NCBI GenBank assembly: GCA_013115125.1
Contig: JABANN010000331.1
Coordinates: forward strand, 1 to 38,517
DNA: 38,517 nucleotides
Direction of reading: 5' to 3'
From: Perkinsus olseni
Lineage: Eukaryota
Below the pieces are notes generated by a model, which saw nothing but the letters and a program-made list of their open reading frames with translations, had not been told where the DNA came from and did no database searches. How positions within the stretch are numbered: position 1 is the first letter of the stretch; every line of letters begins with the position of its first letter. Shown here in pieces: positions 37,056-38,517 of this stretch. A program made the position numbers and the translations under genes.

Positions 37056-37616
37056 CAGGATGTACACATCCAGGAAATTTCCGAGCCGTCGGAAATTTCA
37101 GCCAGTCCTCAGAGGGAATTTCCTGAAATTTCCGTTTCCGTTGAAATGGGGGAAAATGTCCGAATTTCCTCCTTGATTTTCTTGAAACTTCTCCGGCAAT
37201 GTCGATGTGACATTGTCACATCGCCCTTGATTCATCAGTGCGTCAGTCGCCTAATAATACTGATAGACTATTAGAAATAGTCTATCAGTAATAATCTATT
37301 AGCGATACTCTATTAGTTGGGATCAAATCGATCATCTGGGCGCGTGCTCAGCACATCCTTCACTTCTATGTTTGAGGGGATTTCAATTTGACAGGTCGAA
37401 GCTTCCACGTTTAAAGGTTTGGAACGTCGACGCATTAGCATATCAGGCCGGACACGTCACAACGCTACATTGCAAATCTGGCGAAATAAGGCTGGAACAG
37501 CGAGCATTCGCGAATTTCAGATTTTTTCGAAATTTTCGCCTTCGCCGGAAATTTCCGAAATACACTTCGGAAATTTCAATGAAATTTCCGCCGTGGAAAT
37601 CCATGTGCACACCCTG
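37056..37616. mobile_element. Putative non-autonomous hAT-like element (561 bp) with CAGG TIRs and GAAATTTC subterminal repeats
   Basis: Left end caggatgtacacat versus reverse complement of the right end cagggtgtgcacat (12/14). GAAATTTC(C)-type palindromes cluster near both ends (about 37072-37170 and 37512-37590). No intact direct TSD, but see findings. Confidence 0.6.
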
Positions 37617-37838
37617 TTGGAGTCCAACATTGGAGTCCAATGGCGAGTGATTCCAAAGCCAACGCTAAACCAACCATCGACACGATGCGCTCCCTTCCCG
37701 ACCGACACAAAATTTATGTTAGTCACTGAGCACTCTATATCCGCATTCGCATTCGATTCGAATAACTCGAGAAACAGAAGAGCTTTCTCGAGGAAGTCTA
37801 ACTTGAGTACGACGAAGTGGCAACTACCAGGATTCGCA

Positions 37839-37860
37839 CTCTCCGTCGGAGAGTCTCCGA
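37839..37860. other. Exact 7-8-7 scar (8-mer CTCTCCGA)
   Basis: ctctccg|tcggagag|tctccga. Confidence 0.75.
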
Positions 37861-38231
37861 GATATTCTACAGTGTGGGAGCTACACCCTGCACATGGTAG
37901 ACTGAAACCCTGGGTTTCAGATATACATGCGAGTATGCTTCAATAAGGATCTTAATACATGCAACAATAAGGATAACAAACAATGGTAGCAATGGTCATA
38001 TACTCGCATCGTCGTACCCAACAGGTGTGCCTGGCGCTGTCAGCCACTGACGAGTCTCTGTGGTGGAGACGGAACACGTCTTAAGAGTGACATAATCTGA
38101 TTTGAGGTAACAGACCTTTTGCCCAATATCAGACTATGTCACTTGTCACAAGAAAGCAATTCCAGTATAGGTCTGTTACCAGGATAACAACGATGCACTA
38201 TGAAGGTATGAGATGGGCTGTCCGTCACATT

Positions 38232-38363
38232 CCCGGAGCCTCCGGGCCGGAGGTCCCAGTACTCAAGGCTCGTCATTTTGCTTGTGAAATTCACAATGTG
38301 AATTGTTTAGTGAATCTGAAACATTGCCGGACGTGCCCCAGCTCCGGTGACCGGAGTCCGGTC
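38232..38363. other. Cluster of three exact 7-8-7 scars
   Basis: cccggag|cctccggg|ccggagg (38232-38253); ttgtgaa|attcacaa|tgtgaat (38282-38303); ctccggt|gaccggag|tccggtc (38342-38363). Confidence 0.8.
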
Positions 38364-38517
38364 GGGACTGCCGAGCATGAACTTTTGACTTCTATATAAG
38401 CTCGGCAATCCCGTCAGCTACCCCGCTTAGCCACCGAGTCGGCGGGACGGCGAAGTTATCGAGAGTTTGTCTGTACGTCACTATCGCCAGGAACCACTAT
38501 ATGCCCTGCTAGAGGTG

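Noticed and set aside
38232-38363. Palindromes as terminators or CRISPR repeats
   Set aside because: Their sequences are unrelated to each other, there are no U-tracts, and 1-nt loops fold poorly. Only the geometry is shared.

Overview
Eukaryotic genomic DNA with short GT-AG introns. It most resembles an alveolate protist such as Perkinsus, but this is inferred from gene architecture and not proven. The left ~29.3 kb is gene-dense and all on the minus strand. It holds an AP-1 gamma-adaptin gene (at least 23 exons, cut off at a poly-Gln tract at position 1), a CDC50/LEM3 flippase subunit, and a giant ~22-exon gene (~4000 aa) with DUF3638/DUF3645-type P-loop NTPase motifs and a C-terminal Vps62-like segment. 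The right ~9 kb is gene-sparse and carries three paralogous intronless 4-Cys secreted-protein genes, one of them frameshifted. Non-autonomous hAT-like elements are present: two copies of a MITE with 8-bp target-site duplications (TSDs) and one element with CAGG-starting terminal inverted repeats (TIRs). The main finding is a stereotyped 22-nt '7-8-7' structure, N1..N7 + revcomp(N1..N8) + N2..N8, found by eye at 12 exact and 6 near-exact sites, each with a different 8-mer. This is the product expected if a hAT transposon excises via flanking hairpins and the two opened hairpins anneal through the 8-bp TSD, leaving a fixed +14-bp scar. One such scar is the frameshift in a secreted-protein paralog.
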